DNA from: an uncultured Thiotrichales bacterium
GTDB lineage: Bacteria > Pseudomonadota > Gammaproteobacteria > CAZUMV01
DNA: 50,652 nt
Reading direction: 5' to 3'
Assembly: GCA_938042355.1 (NCBI GenBank)
Contig: CALIRD010000133.1
Span: 1-50,652, forward strand
Positions 1 through 9,324 of the stretch are shown piece by piece; the stretch's first letter is position 1; each line of letters begins with the position of its first letter. Under the pieces are notes generated by a model that did not search any database, was not told where the DNA came from, and was given only the letters and a program-made list of their open reading frames with translations. A program made the translations under genes and the position numbers.

Positions 1-1
1 C

Positions 2-352
2 ATCGTCAATACCGCATCGATTAATGGCCTGGTTCCGGGCAGTCTCCAGGGAATATATTCAATAACAAAAGCGGCTGTGGTTAACATGACCAAATCATTT
101 GCCAAAGAATGTGCCCCATTCAATATTCGCGTCAATGCCATTCTTCCCGGGCTGACTAAGACCAAATTTGCCGGAGCGTTATTTGAGAATGAAGCGGTCT
201 ATAAAAAAGCGACCAGTCTTATTCCGATGCAACGTCATGCAGAACCGGAAGAAATGGCAGGGACAGTGTTGTATTTAGTATCTGATGCCAGTAGTTACAC
301 CACAGGCGAATGCATCGTGGTTGATGGTGGCATTACAATAGGTGGAGTGTAA
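2..352 (+). CDS. Short-chain dehydrogenase/reductase, C-terminal part (5' end lies outside the window)
   Basis: The frame is open from nt 2 (IVNTASINGL...). It has the SDR catalytic YxxxK (YSITK), an IRVNAILPG segment and a C-terminal GECIVVDGG motif. Stop at 350-352. Confidence 0.85.
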   Translation: MVNTASINGLVPGSLQGIYSITKAAVVNMTKSFAKECAPFNIRVNAILPGLTKTKFAGALFENEAVYKKATSLIPMQRHAEPEEMAGTVLYLVSDASSYTTGECIVVDGGITIGGV

Positions 353-392
353 ACGGCCGTTTAACATAGCCAAACGAACAGCGATCCTGGCT

Positions 393-1613
393 TTATACGT
401 CTTCTATCTCGGCGCGTAATGCTTTTAGAAATGCAGCGCCCACGGCACCATCGATGATTCGATGATCACATGAAAGGTTAACTGTGAGCATGTTGGCCAC
501 CTTAACCTGCCCTTTTTCAACTATCGCGCGTGGTTCAACACCGCCAACCGCCAGAATGGCGCCTTGTGGTGGGTTTATAATTGCCTGAAAACTGTTCAGG
601 CCATACATACCCAAATTACTGATGGTGAACGTACCATGTTCAAGATCACTGGCTACCAGAGTTTTATCGAGTGCCCGCTTGGCCAGATCTCTCACACCCG
701 CCGTAATCTGGTGAATATCCAGCGTCTGCACACTCATTAGTGTGGGTGCAACCAAGCCATAATCTGTAGCAATGGCTACCGAAATATTCACTTGCGAGTG
801 ATGATGTATATCATCACCCACTAAAGTGACGTTGACACCCGGCTCTGCTTGCAGTGCTTTTGCCACTGCCTGTACCAACATATCATTAATTGAAATTTTT
901 TCGCTAGCGTCAAAATTCAACTTTTCCCGTTGATTCAGCAGCGCATCAAGATTGTAATCCGCCGTCAAATAATAATGAGGAATAGTGGTCTTGGCTTCTA
1001 CCAAGCGCGCTGCAATAGTCTTACGCCGCTGAGTCATCGGTACCACCTTGATATCATCAGCAGCAGTCTCACCACCAACGATACTTTTTTCAGCCGGCAT
1101 TCCTGCCGCTGCATCTTCAACCATCTGTTTCGTGACCCTGCCACCCCCGGCCGACAAAACAGCCAGATCAACCCCCAGAGATTCTGCCAGACGTCTCACC
1201 GGCGGGCTGACACGCGTCTTGCCTGAACGCGTGCTATCGGGGCGATTTGCCAGTGGTACATCAGACATCGATTCTTCGGATGATTTTTCGACTTCATCAC
1301 CCACCTCAAAGCTGGCGTCTACCGGCTTGAAGCTGGCAATAAACTCGTCCACTTCAGCATCGGTAGCCGCTGCTTCCCCGATCACTCCAAGTAACGCGCC
1401 AACATTAAGTGTATCGTCAACATTGGCGATGCAGCGCTTGAGCACACCGCTGTACGGAGCCTCCAGCGTATTAACAATTTTACTGGTTTCAATATCGATT
1501 AAATCGACACCTTTTTCGATTTCCGTCCCCGCTTCCAGCAACCAGGCAGTGATGGTGCCCTCCTCCATTTCTATACCCCATTTAGGCATAGTGACTGCGT
1601 AAATTTTGCTCAT
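393..1613 (-). CDS. Dihydrolipoamide acyltransferase (2-oxoacid dehydrogenase E2) with one lipoyl domain; AcoC-like
   Basis: N-terminal lipoyl domain (MPKWGIEMEEGTI...IETSKIV). E3/E1-binding domain (VSPPVRRLAESLGVDL). Catalytic domain ending in DHRIIDGAVGAAFL. Start moved to ATG 1613 (MSKIYAV); the ORF-track extension has no homology. Confidence 0.9.
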   Translation of the reverse strand: MSKIYAVTMPKWGIEMEEGTITAWLLEAGTEIEKGVDLIDIETSKIVNTLEAPYSGVLKRCIANVDDTLNVGALLGVIGEAAATDAEVDEFIASFKPVDASFEVGDEVEKSSEESMSDVPLANRPDSTRSGKTRVSPPVRRLAESLGVDLAVLSAGGGRVTKQMVEDAAAGMPAEKSIVGGETAADDIKVVPMTQRRKTIAARLVEAKTTIPHYYLTADYNLDALLNQREKLNFDASEKISINDMLVQAVAKALQAEPGVNVTLVGDDIHHHSQVNISVAIATDYGLVAPTLMSVQTLDIHQITAGVRDLAKRALDKTLVASDLEHGTFTISNLGMYGLNSFQAIINPPQGAILAVGGVEPRAIVEKGQVKVANMLTVNLSCDHRIIDGAVGAAFLKALRAEIEDV

Positions 1614-1745
1614 TTTTAATGTTGCTCTGGGGCTGATTCGAAAGAGTGAAAAAGGATACACAAAATATTAAAAAACATCCATGGCTGTTTTTATTTATAG
1701 ATAAACGGTGTGCTTCTAATGTGCAGCTACTATCAGCTTTCGGGG

Positions 1746-2789
1746 TTAAACTGCGCCTGCTTTTTGGGCTTGTTCCCAGGCACAATCCGCCAGAGTGTCC
1801 AGATGCGAGACGACTCCAGAAGCCGCATCACTGGAGGCATTCCCCCTGATCATGCGACCTTTGATACCATGAATAATTGCAGCAAGTCGCCACATATTGA
1901 AGGCGATGTAGAAATCGATATTCTCAATACTTTCACGTTTGGTATTACGACAATACTGGGCGATGTATTCCGCTTCAGACGGCAAGCGTATCGAGACCGG
2001 ATCGACACTACCCATCCCGGAAGGGAGTCCTGTGGGGGTGCGGTAAGCCATCAAATGAAACGTGAAATCCGCCAAGGGATGCCCCAATGTTGAAAGCTCC
2101 CAATCCAGTACGGCGATTACTCTGGACTCAACAGGATGAAAAATAAGATTGTCGCAACGGTAATCGCCATGCACCAGTGTGCTGGCATCACCGTCATCAG
2201 GAATATTTTTTGGTAACCATTCGCACAGCTTATCCAAAGAAGAAAGCCGGCCCGCTTTTTCATCTTGCCTGTATTGTTTGGTCCAACGACTAATTTGACG
2301 TTCAAAATAATTGCCTGGCTTGCCATAATCTTCCAGACCAGCCTTCACATAATCCACGTTGTGCAAAGCAGCAATGACATCCCCCATAGATTCATAGCAA
2401 TTGGCACGCTGCTCTTCGGGAACCTCGGGTAATTTTGGGTCCCAAAAGATTCTGCCCTCCACTTTTTCCATAATGAAAAACGGGGTACCCAGTACAGATT
2501 CGTCCTCACACAGCGCAAAACAGTGAGGAACCGGAACGCCCTGGCTTTCAAGTGCAGACATAATACGGAATTCACGCTCAACAGCATGCGCTCCGGGTAT
2601 CAACTTGCCCGGTGGTTTACGCCTGAGTACATAGTTCGTTTTCGGTGTCTGAACTTGATAGGTCGGGTTGGACTGACCGCCGGGAAACTTCTCCACCGTT
2701 AACGGGCCTGTAAAACCATTGACATTGGCACTCATCCACGCCGTGAGACTTTTTGTATCAAGCTGCTTTACCGAGCCAGTATCTGACAT
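1746..2789 (-). CDS. Phosphotransferase family protein (APH/choline-kinase fold; type found with or fused to acyl-CoA dehydrogenases)
   Basis: Brenner-type catalytic loop HGDYRCDNLIF followed by VLDWELSTLGHPLADF. N-terminal GGQSNPTY nucleotide-loop-like motif. 347 aa. Confidence 0.8.
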   Translation of the reverse strand: MSDTGSVKQLDTKSLTAWMSANVNGFTGPLTVEKFPGGQSNPTYQVQTPKTNYVLRRKPPGKLIPGAHAVEREFRIMSALESQGVPVPHCFALCEDESVLGTPFFIMEKVEGRIFWDPKLPEVPEEQRANCYESMGDVIAALHNVDYVKAGLEDYGKPGNYFERQISRWTKQYRQDEKAGRLSSLDKLCEWLPKNIPDDGDASTLVHGDYRCDNLIFHPVESRVIAVLDWELSTLGHPLADFTFHLMAYRTPTGLPSGMGSVDPVSIRLPSEAEYIAQYCRNTKRESIENIDFYIAFNMWRLAAIIHGIKGRMIRGNASSDAASGVVSHLDTLADCAWEQAQKAGAV

Positions 2790-2851
2790 AAATGAAATAA
2801 TTCCCGTTTAAATGATGACGCTCAGATTTATAGTAGAAGCCTAGATAAAAC

Positions 2852-4030
2852 CTAGACCAATTCAACTGCAATAGCCGTTGCCTCACCACCCCCAATACAC
2901 AAAGACGCGACGCCTTTGCCCTTGCCATGGTGTAGCAGCGCATTGATCAGAGTGACAATAATTCTGGCTCCGGACGCACCCAAAGGATGTCCAATTGCAC
3001 AAGCACCACCATGCACGTTGACTTTTTCATGGGGAATGTTGAGCTCTCTCATTGCCAACAACGTGACGACGGCAAATGCCTCATTGATTTCGAAAAGATC
3101 AACATCCTCAACAGACCATGCGGTTTTTTCCAGCACTTTTTTCATTGCACCCACTGGCGCCAGTGTGAATTCATCCGGTGCTTGCGCATGGGTCGCATGC
3201 GCTTTAATCACAGCAACTGGTTTTATATTTTTATCCGCACAAGCATTGGCACTCATGACGACCAGTGCGGCCGCACCATCGGAAATTGAACTTGAATTAG
3301 CGGCGGTCACCGTTCCGTCTTTTGCAAATGCCGGTTTCAGAGTCGGAATTTTATCGGGCCTGGCGTTACGAGGTTGCTCGTCTTCGCTTATGGTGCTCTC
3401 GCCTTTTCTGGTATTTATGGTTACTGGCTGAATTTCACGGGCCAAAGTGCCATTTTCAGTAGCTGACACCGCACGTTGCAAAGAAGCAATCGCATAGTCA
3501 TCCATTTGCTCACGGCTGAACTCATACTTATCGGCAGTACGCTGACCAAATACTCCCATCAGGGTGCCACTCTCTGCATCCTCAAGTCCATCGACAAACA
3601 TGGAGTCTTTGACAGCGTTGTGTCCAAGCCGATATCCCGATCGTGCTTTGTCTAACAGATAAGGAGCATTACTCATACTTTCCATACCTCCTGCCATCAC
3701 GCAATCAGCATGCCCGAGGGCGATTGCATCAGCGGCGAGCATCACCGCTTTCATACCCGAACCACATACTTTACTCACTGTAGTACACGGTGTGGCAATT
3801 GAGAGACCTGCTGTTAAGGCAGCCTGCCGGGCGGGTGCCTGCCCGATACCCGCACTGATAACATTGCCCATGTAAACCAGATCAATGTCATTCTTGGCAA
3901 CACTCGCCGACTCAACGGCCGCTTCTATGGCGACAGCGCCCAGCTCGGCTGCCTGCATGCTGGCAAGCTCGCCCTGAAAACTACCGAGAGGCGTTCGTTG
4001 GGCACTTACAATTACAATCTCATCACTCAT
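2852..4030 (-). CDS. Acetyl-CoA C-acetyltransferase (thiolase II)
   Basis: Thiolase signatures: VCGSGMKA (active-site Cys), NEAFA, GGACAIGHPLGASG, CIGGGEA. 392 aa. Confidence 0.93.
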   Translation of the reverse strand: MSDEIVIVSAQRTPLGSFQGELASMQAAELGAVAIEAAVESASVAKNDIDLVYMGNVISAGIGQAPARQAALTAGLSIATPCTTVSKVCGSGMKAVMLAADAIALGHADCVMAGGMESMSNAPYLLDKARSGYRLGHNAVKDSMFVDGLEDAESGTLMGVFGQRTADKYEFSREQMDDYAIASLQRAVSATENGTLAREIQPVTINTRKGESTISEDEQPRNARPDKIPTLKPAFAKDGTVTAANSSSISDGAAALVVMSANACADKNIKPVAVIKAHATHAQAPDEFTLAPVGAMKKVLEKTAWSVEDVDLFEINEAFAVVTLLAMRELNIPHEKVNVHGGACAIGHPLGASGARIIVTLINALLHHGKGKGVASLCIGGGEATAIAVELV

Positions 4031-4087
4031 AAATCGCTGCCTGTGATAATTTTCTCGTCAATCTTTTCTTAAAGCAGATTAAGAACA

Positions 4088-4873
4088 TCAGCAAAATGAA
4101 ATTTCTGCTGTGCCCACACCTTCCAGCACCAGTGACATGGTGTCTCCAGGCACGACGTCTTCAAGTGGCACAAGTGAGCCAGACAACACAATTTCACCCG
4201 GCTCGAGTGCAATATCAAATTCAGATAGAGTGTTGGCCAGCCAGGCTACCGCAGTTAATGGCGAGCCCAGTGCAGCTGAACCTTGACCTCTCGAAATCTC
4301 GCTGCCATTTTTACTGACTACCATTCGCACGTTTTCAAGATCTATATCTTGTGGTTTTACTCTGGCATCACCAAGCACAAAAGTACCGCACGAAGCGTTA
4401 TCCGCTACTGTATCCTCAATCTTGATTTGCCATTCCTTAATGCGTGAATCCACGATCTCAAAGCATGGCACCACAAATTCTGTTGCATTCAGTACATCTG
4501 CCTCAGTCAGGTCAGGCCCCTTTAGCTGATGCTTGAGCAGAAAAGCAATCTCACCTTCTGCTCTGGGCTGAATCATATTACCGGCTATGGTGACCGAAGA
4601 TCCATTCGGAACATGCATACTATCGGTTAGATAACCAAAATCCGGTTGGTGCACGCCCAACATATCCTGTACCGGCTTGCTGGTAACTCCAATTTTTTTA
4701 CCGATTATTTTTTCGCCAGCAGCAAGGCGCTGTTCGAGAATGCGCGTCGAAATAGCATACGCATCGGCAATGGTTATATCGCTTTCCCGTTCAGTCAGGG
4801 GGGGGACGGCAGTGGCTTCTTTCAGCGCCTGGTACAACTCTTCACCGTAGTGATTAATTTTTTCAGGATTCAT
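4088..4873 (-). CDS. 2-keto-4-pentenoate hydratase family (MhpD/XylJ/HpcG-like, FAH fold)
   Basis: 261 aa. Family-typical segments: IGKKIGVTSKPVQ, QPRAEGEIAFLL, FEIVDSRI..W, DTVADNAS. Confidence 0.8.
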   Translation of the reverse strand: MNPEKINHYGEELYQALKEATAVPPLTERESDITIADAYAISTRILEQRLAAGEKIIGKKIGVTSKPVQDMLGVHQPDFGYLTDSMHVPNGSSVTIAGNMIQPRAEGEIAFLLKHQLKGPDLTEADVLNATEFVVPCFEIVDSRIKEWQIKIEDTVADNASCGTFVLGDARVKPQDIDLENVRMVVSKNGSEISRGQGSAALGSPLTAVAWLANTLSEFDIALEPGEIVLSGSLVPLEDVVPGDTMSLVLEGVGTAEISFC

Positions 4874-4931
4874 AGGCTATAGAATAATACCTTCATTCCA
4901 TACAAGCCAATCTAATTACTCCTCTAGCAGA

Positions 4932-4958
4932 CAAAAAATCGGCGCTATTGGCGCCGAT
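4932..4958 (-). terminator. Rho-independent terminator downstream of the 110-aa secreted-protein gene
   Basis: On the minus strand: 8-bp GC-rich stem ATCGGCGC/GCGCCGAT, 5-nt loop, then TTTTTT (A-run 4933-4938 on the plus strand). Confidence 0.75.
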
Positions 4959-4977
4959 AAACAAGGTTAGTGCGGAA

Positions 4978-5310
4978 TTAATTAGTGTGAACATTTACTA
5001 CGGTATTGAGCATGAAATCCTGCAAATACAGTTGCTGTTCTTGCTTGAGGCTCTCTAGCACCTGATCAGTCTGAAACTGCTGGGCAAGATCGAGATCCAG
5101 TTTGGCGGCGACTGCATGTGTGGTCTGTGCTTGGTGACGCTCTGCTTGCAGGTTCATGCTGCGCATACCCTCTTCAAAAATATTCGACATTTCATACTCT
5201 TGCAAAGCAATGAAATCGTTGCTCTCACCAGCAAAGAAGTCAGAAGCAAGCCCTGGGTTAATCTGTACTGAGACAAGTGCTATCAATGTAATCATCAGTT
5301 TTTTCATCAT
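4978..5310 (-). CDS. Small exported helical, Gln-rich protein of unknown function
   Basis: Signal peptide MMKKLMITLIALVSVQINPGLA|SD. The mature part is Q/E/L-rich. It has its own terminator and is divergent from the baeS-like gene. Confidence 0.65.
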   Translation of the reverse strand: MMKKLMITLIALVSVQINPGLASDFFAGESNDFIALQEYEMSNIFEEGMRSMNLQAERHQAQTTHAVAAKLDLDLAQQFQTDQVLESLKQEQQLYLQDFMLNTVVNVHTN

Positions 5311-5464
5311 TGTTCTCGGGTCCTGGTTAAGTTGTGACCAGATTAGCGATCAACTGTGCAAAAACTATGTTTAAAACATGGACAGAAGTAGCAATCATTG
5401 TGGAGAAACTATGGATTGCATTGTATTTCCTTGGATTCACAACTTACTGCTATAAGATGTCGAT

Positions 5465-6877
5465 ATGAAAATACCATTCTGGATAAAACTTGCACTATCA
5501 ATGATGCTGATCATGACGATCACCCTCGCGGCTGGCGGGTATATGGGGCATCGAAGTTTTGAGCGTGGATTTGTGACTTACTTGAATAACCTTCAGGGCG
5601 AACGGCTTGAATTTCTTGCTGAACAATTACAAACCGATTATGCAAGTAGGCTGAATTGGTCATTCCTGGAAAAAAAGGGGGATGTCTGGCAACGTTATTT
5701 ACGAGAAAACCTCTCACCCCAAAACGAACGTGAAAAACGCCGGCCCGGTCAACGTGGACGACATTCCCGAGGTAATCAGGATGTGCGATTACTCACGCGT
5801 AGTGTCAGTTTACTTAATCCTGAAGAAGAATTAATTGCTGGCCTGGAATCTCAAAACAATGACCGCAGTCTGTTAACCCCTCTGTATCATGATTCAAGCT
5901 TGATTGGGTATTTACGATTCCAGCCATTTGCCGAGTTAACCGAATCCCTCGATCGTTCTTTTGCCAAGCAACGCAAAAAATCATTTATATTAATTGGCGG
6001 GCTTAGCCTGATCTTTACCACACTGGCGAGTTGGATTATCTCCAGATACTTTAGAACCATCATTCTTGATGTGATCGATTCAGCCGGAAAAATGGCTGGC
6101 GGCGATTACAGTCAACGTATAAATAGTAATCGTAATGATGAGATCGGGCAGCTGGCACAAAGTTTTAATGTGCTCTCGCACAGCCTCGAGAAAAACCAGA
6201 AAGCCAGACAACAATGGATAGCCGATATTTCGCATGAACTGCGCACCCCGCTCGCTGTCTTGCGCGGCGAACTGGAAGCTCTGGAAGACGGTGTACGCGA
6301 GGTAACTCCAAAAGCAATTAGCTCTTTAACCAGTGAAGTTCATCAACTTAACAATCTGGTGGACGACCTGTACGAATTATCGCTATCTGACATCGGCGCC
6401 CTGAACTATCAAATGCTGGAGACGGATCCGGGCGAAGTGTTAGGCACAACATACGACTCATTTAGAAATCGCTTTGTAAACGCCAATCTCAAAAGCACTT
6501 TCAATTACAGCAAAGAACAGGCAAAAATTCTTGCGGACGATTCAAGACTAACCCAGTTGTTTAATAATCTATTGGAAAACAGCGTACGTTATACCGATGC
6601 AGGCGGAGAAGTGTCACTCGCTTGTGAGGTCACTGACAAACATTGGCAAATGACGCTCGAAGACTCATCACCCGCCGTGACCGAGGAGCAACTTCCCAAT
6701 TTGTTTGAACGCTTTTATCGAACGGACTCTTCTCGAGGTAGAAAAACCGGTGGGGCTGGACTGGGCCTGGCTATCGTCAGTGAAATTGTGACGGCACACA
6801 ATGGTACTATTTCCGCTTCACTGTCCAAACTCGGCGGCATAAAAACTGTGTTACGACTACCTCTGATAGAAGCCTGA
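5465..6877 (+). CDS. baeS: Envelope-stress sensor histidine kinase, BaeS-like
   Basis: Two TM segments flank a periplasmic loop, followed by a HAMP region. H-box ADISHELRTPLAVLRGELEALEDGV. LFNNLLENSVRYTD, FERFYRTDSSR and GLGLAIV boxes resemble E. coli BaeS as recalled. Confidence 0.8.
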   Translation: MKIPFWIKLALSMMLIMTITLAAGGYMGHRSFERGFVTYLNNLQGERLEFLAEQLQTDYASRLNWSFLEKKGDVWQRYLRENLSPQNEREKRRPGQRGRHSRGNQDVRLLTRSVSLLNPEEELIAGLESQNNDRSLLTPLYHDSSLIGYLRFQPFAELTESLDRSFAKQRKKSFILIGGLSLIFTTLASWIISRYFRTIILDVIDSAGKMAGGDYSQRINSNRNDEIGQLAQSFNVLSHSLEKNQKARQQWIADISHELRTPLAVLRGELEALEDGVREVTPKAISSLTSEVHQLNNLVDDLYELSLSDIGALNYQMLETDPGEVLGTTYDSFRNRFVNANLKSTFNYSKEQAKILADDSRLTQLFNNLLENSVRYTDAGGEVSLACEVTDKHWQMTLEDSSPAVTEEQLPNLFERFYRTDSSRGRKTGGAGLGLAIVSEIVTAHNGTISASLSKLGGIKTVLRLPLIEA

Positions 6878-6879
6878 TC

Positions 6880-7563
6880 ATGCCCAAGACTATCCTGATT
6901 ATTGAAGATGAGCACAAACTGGCGCAACTGCTGGAAGATTATTTACTAGCGGCCAGCTACGAGGCTCACCAGATTCATGATGGCGCTGATGCAATCAGCT
7001 CGATAAAAGAAAAACAACCCGATTTGATACTTCTCGACATTATGCTACCCAATAAAGATGGTATCTCCATCTGTAAAGAACTCAGAGAATTCTCTGATAT
7101 TCCGGTCATCATGTTGACTGCCAAGGTTGAAGAGATTGACCGCATCCTTGGTTTGGAAATCGGTGCTGATGATTACATTTGCAAACCATTCAGTCCGCGA
7201 GAAGTTGTTGCCCGGGTAAAAGCTCAATTACGTCGTGCGGATGTGAGTAATACTCCAGCATCCAGTAACAATGAACTCGTCGTTCTCGATCACGATCGAT
7301 TTGTTGCTGTAATTATGGGGCAGGATTTAACCCTTACTCCGGTAGAATTTCGCTTACTTAAAAAATTAAGCAGTGCACCAAGTCGGGTTTTCTCGCGCGC
7401 CAGCCTGATGGACAATCTTTATGATGACCATCGTATAGTCACCGACAGAACCATAGACAGTCACATCAAAAACCTGCGGAAAAAACTCGCCAATCTTACC
7501 GACAACGAGTTAATCCACTCCATCTATGGAGTCGGGTACAAGTGGGAGCACAGAGAAAGCTAA
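6880..7563 (+). CDS. baeR: OmpR-family response regulator, BaeR-like
   Basis: Receiver domain (ILIIEDE..., DLILLDIMLP, MLTAK). LGLEIGADDYICKPFSPREVVARV and the winged-helix C-terminus TDRTIDSHIKNLRKKL...YGVGYKWE match BaeR as recalled. Starts 2 nt after the baeS stop. Confidence 0.85.
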   Translation: MPKTILIIEDEHKLAQLLEDYLLAASYEAHQIHDGADAISSIKEKQPDLILLDIMLPNKDGISICKELREFSDIPVIMLTAKVEEIDRILGLEIGADDYICKPFSPREVVARVKAQLRRADVSNTPASSNNELVVLDHDRFVAVIMGQDLTLTPVEFRLLKKLSSAPSRVFSRASLMDNLYDDHRIVTDRTIDSHIKNLRKKLANLTDNELIHSIYGVGYKWEHRES

Positions 7564-8078
7564 TCCGAACTCGCCGTCATTGTATTGACCAGCCCCACAT
7601 CGCGGTTATGTTTGATCGTATCTTGTTGGCGCTTTTGTCGTAACGCCGATGCAAAATCCAACTCTGCTGCCTGATGACGCTGCAACAATCGATTAAGAAT
7701 AGCGCGGTTTGAATACGCTTTTGCCAAACCTTCCCGGTCTCTCTCACCTTGAGCCTTACGAGCAGTCACCACTGAAGACTTGGCCAATTTTACAGCAGTA
7801 TCACAAGACGGTTCTGCCTCATGGTAATTTCCCAGACCAATCTGTGCCGAACATAGAGTAAGGTGTGCAGCGAGAGAGTTTTTGTACAGAGGCAGAGAAG
7901 CACGTTGAATGGCTTTGTCATAATCTCCTATTAACAATTCCTGAGTGCCAGGTCCGTCGGTATCAACACTCATAATATAATGAGGGTTATCAGCCGCATT
8001 CACAGCAACGCTTGATAAGGCCAGCAAGATCGTAGCGATGGACATACAAATTGAAATACAACATTCACTATTACACAT
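7560..8078 (-). CDS. Exported TPR-like hypothetical protein
   Basis: GAGGAA lies 6 nt upstream of ATG 8078. Hydrophobic signal-like N-terminus (...ATILLALSSVAVNA|AD). Helical-repeat-like remainder. Its stop overlaps the baeR stop (convergent genes). Confidence 0.55.
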   Translation of the reverse strand: MCNSECCISICMSIATILLALSSVAVNAADNPHYIMSVDTDGPGTQELLIGDYDKAIQRASLPLYKNSLAAHLTLCSAQIGLGNYHEAEPSCDTAVKLAKSSVVTARKAQGERDREGLAKAYSNRAILNRLLQRHQAAELDFASALRQKRQQDTIKHNRDVGLVNTMTASSD

Positions 8079-8191
8079 AATGGTTTCCTCATTGGTTGAG
8101 CAACCAGCGTAGTGCATGAATTATTTTTGATCTCGTCGTTATTGAATATTGCCGCGTGCTTTTAAAATTGAGGCAAGATTTTTAGAATTGA

Positions 8192-9247
8192 TCAGCCTCG
8201 TAACGCAGTAACATTGGGCAGAGGTGATAATTTCTCTTTTCTGTATTCAGTTGGCGTCATTCCTTTATGTGCTCGAAATGCGCGATTAAATGGTGCCAGG
8301 GATGCAAACCCCGTATCCAGCGCAATAGTCAGTACCTGGGTGCGCACTTGCTCAGGATCTGCGAGTCGTTTACAAGCTTCCTCAATTCTGAAACCATTTA
8401 AGTAGGTACTGAAATTCTTGTAACCAAGGCGCTGATTAATAACTGCTCGTAATTGATGCTCCGGTGTTTTTATTTCTTCCGCCAACTGCCGAATGGTTAA
8501 TCCGGTGCGAGCGTAGGCTCTGTCTTTCATTGCTGCTACCAAAGCGGTTTCTATTTGCTGATCAACAATACTCGATTCCGGGTTATTCAAAGTCCTGTTA
8601 CCTGGCTTTTCAGGCTCGGGCAATAAATCATCAGTCTGGGTCAGAATGGGCACACTGATGACCAGTAAAACAGTCGCTATCAAAATCGTATTCGAGAACG
8701 ATACCCAAGCCGGTGTTGCGCGCCCAAGAAAGACTAACTCCATCAGCATTATGTAGGTAGCTGCGAGTGCTAAACAGGTGATAAAGCAAAAGCGAAAGCG
8801 TCTTCTTGGCTGAAATAAATCATCAAGACCACCTTTATAAACGGAATATAACGCATGTAATACCACGATGATTGATGCACCAATCGCTATACCGTGTGGT
8901 ATTGCATCCAACCTGCCTGTGATAAAGGGATACAACATGCAATTGGTTGTGAGCAAGGGAAAAACTATCATTGCCCATTTAGGTGGACGTTCAAGATCAA
9001 ACAAACTATCGGCACACAACCACACAAGATAAGCGGAAGTGGTGGTTAAAAACCAGATTGGCCAAAAGGCAAAGTTCATCACCTGCATTAAATAAGGTGA
9101 TGTCTTGATGAGAAAGGCAATGATACTGATATCAAGCAATACCAGCGGCACCGAGAGTCTGGCTGGCCCTCGCACTAACAATACGATCATGAACAGAATC
9201 ATCTGTCCAATAAGCATTAAACGAAGTGCAGTATCTAGATTTTCCAA
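8192..9247 (-). CDS. Membrane-anchored AraC/XylS-family transcriptional regulator
   Basis: The N-terminal ~200 aa is strongly hydrophobic (about 6 predicted TM helices). The C-terminal ~100 aa is an AraC HTH (LTIRQLAEE..., IALDTGFASLAPFNRAFRAHKGMTPTEYR). Confidence 0.8.
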   Translation of the reverse strand: MENLDTALRLMLIGQMILFMIVLLVRGPARLSVPLVLLDISIIAFLIKTSPYLMQVMNFAFWPIWFLTTTSAYLVWLCADSLFDLERPPKWAMIVFPLLTTNCMLYPFITGRLDAIPHGIAIGASIIVVLHALYSVYKGGLDDLFQPRRRFRFCFITCLALAATYIMLMELVFLGRATPAWVSFSNTILIATVLLVISVPILTQTDDLLPEPEKPGNRTLNNPESSIVDQQIETALVAAMKDRAYARTGLTIRQLAEEIKTPEHQLRAVINQRLGYKNFSTYLNGFRIEEACKRLADPEQVRTQVLTIALDTGFASLAPFNRAFRAHKGMTPTEYRKEKLSPLPNVTALRG

Positions 9248-9324
9248 TTGTTCTAACCAATAAGTTGGAATAGGTTTAGCATGTCAGATAATGACTGATC
9301 TTTTCCTGTTGAATCTAAAAATAA

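Noticed and set aside
1048-1602. 184-aa plus-strand ORF (and the 930-1226 ORF) inside the E2 gene
   Set aside because: It is antisense to a strongly supported E2 coding sequence. The translation is low-complexity and Ser/Ala/Thr-rich with no motif. This is a typical shadow ORF.
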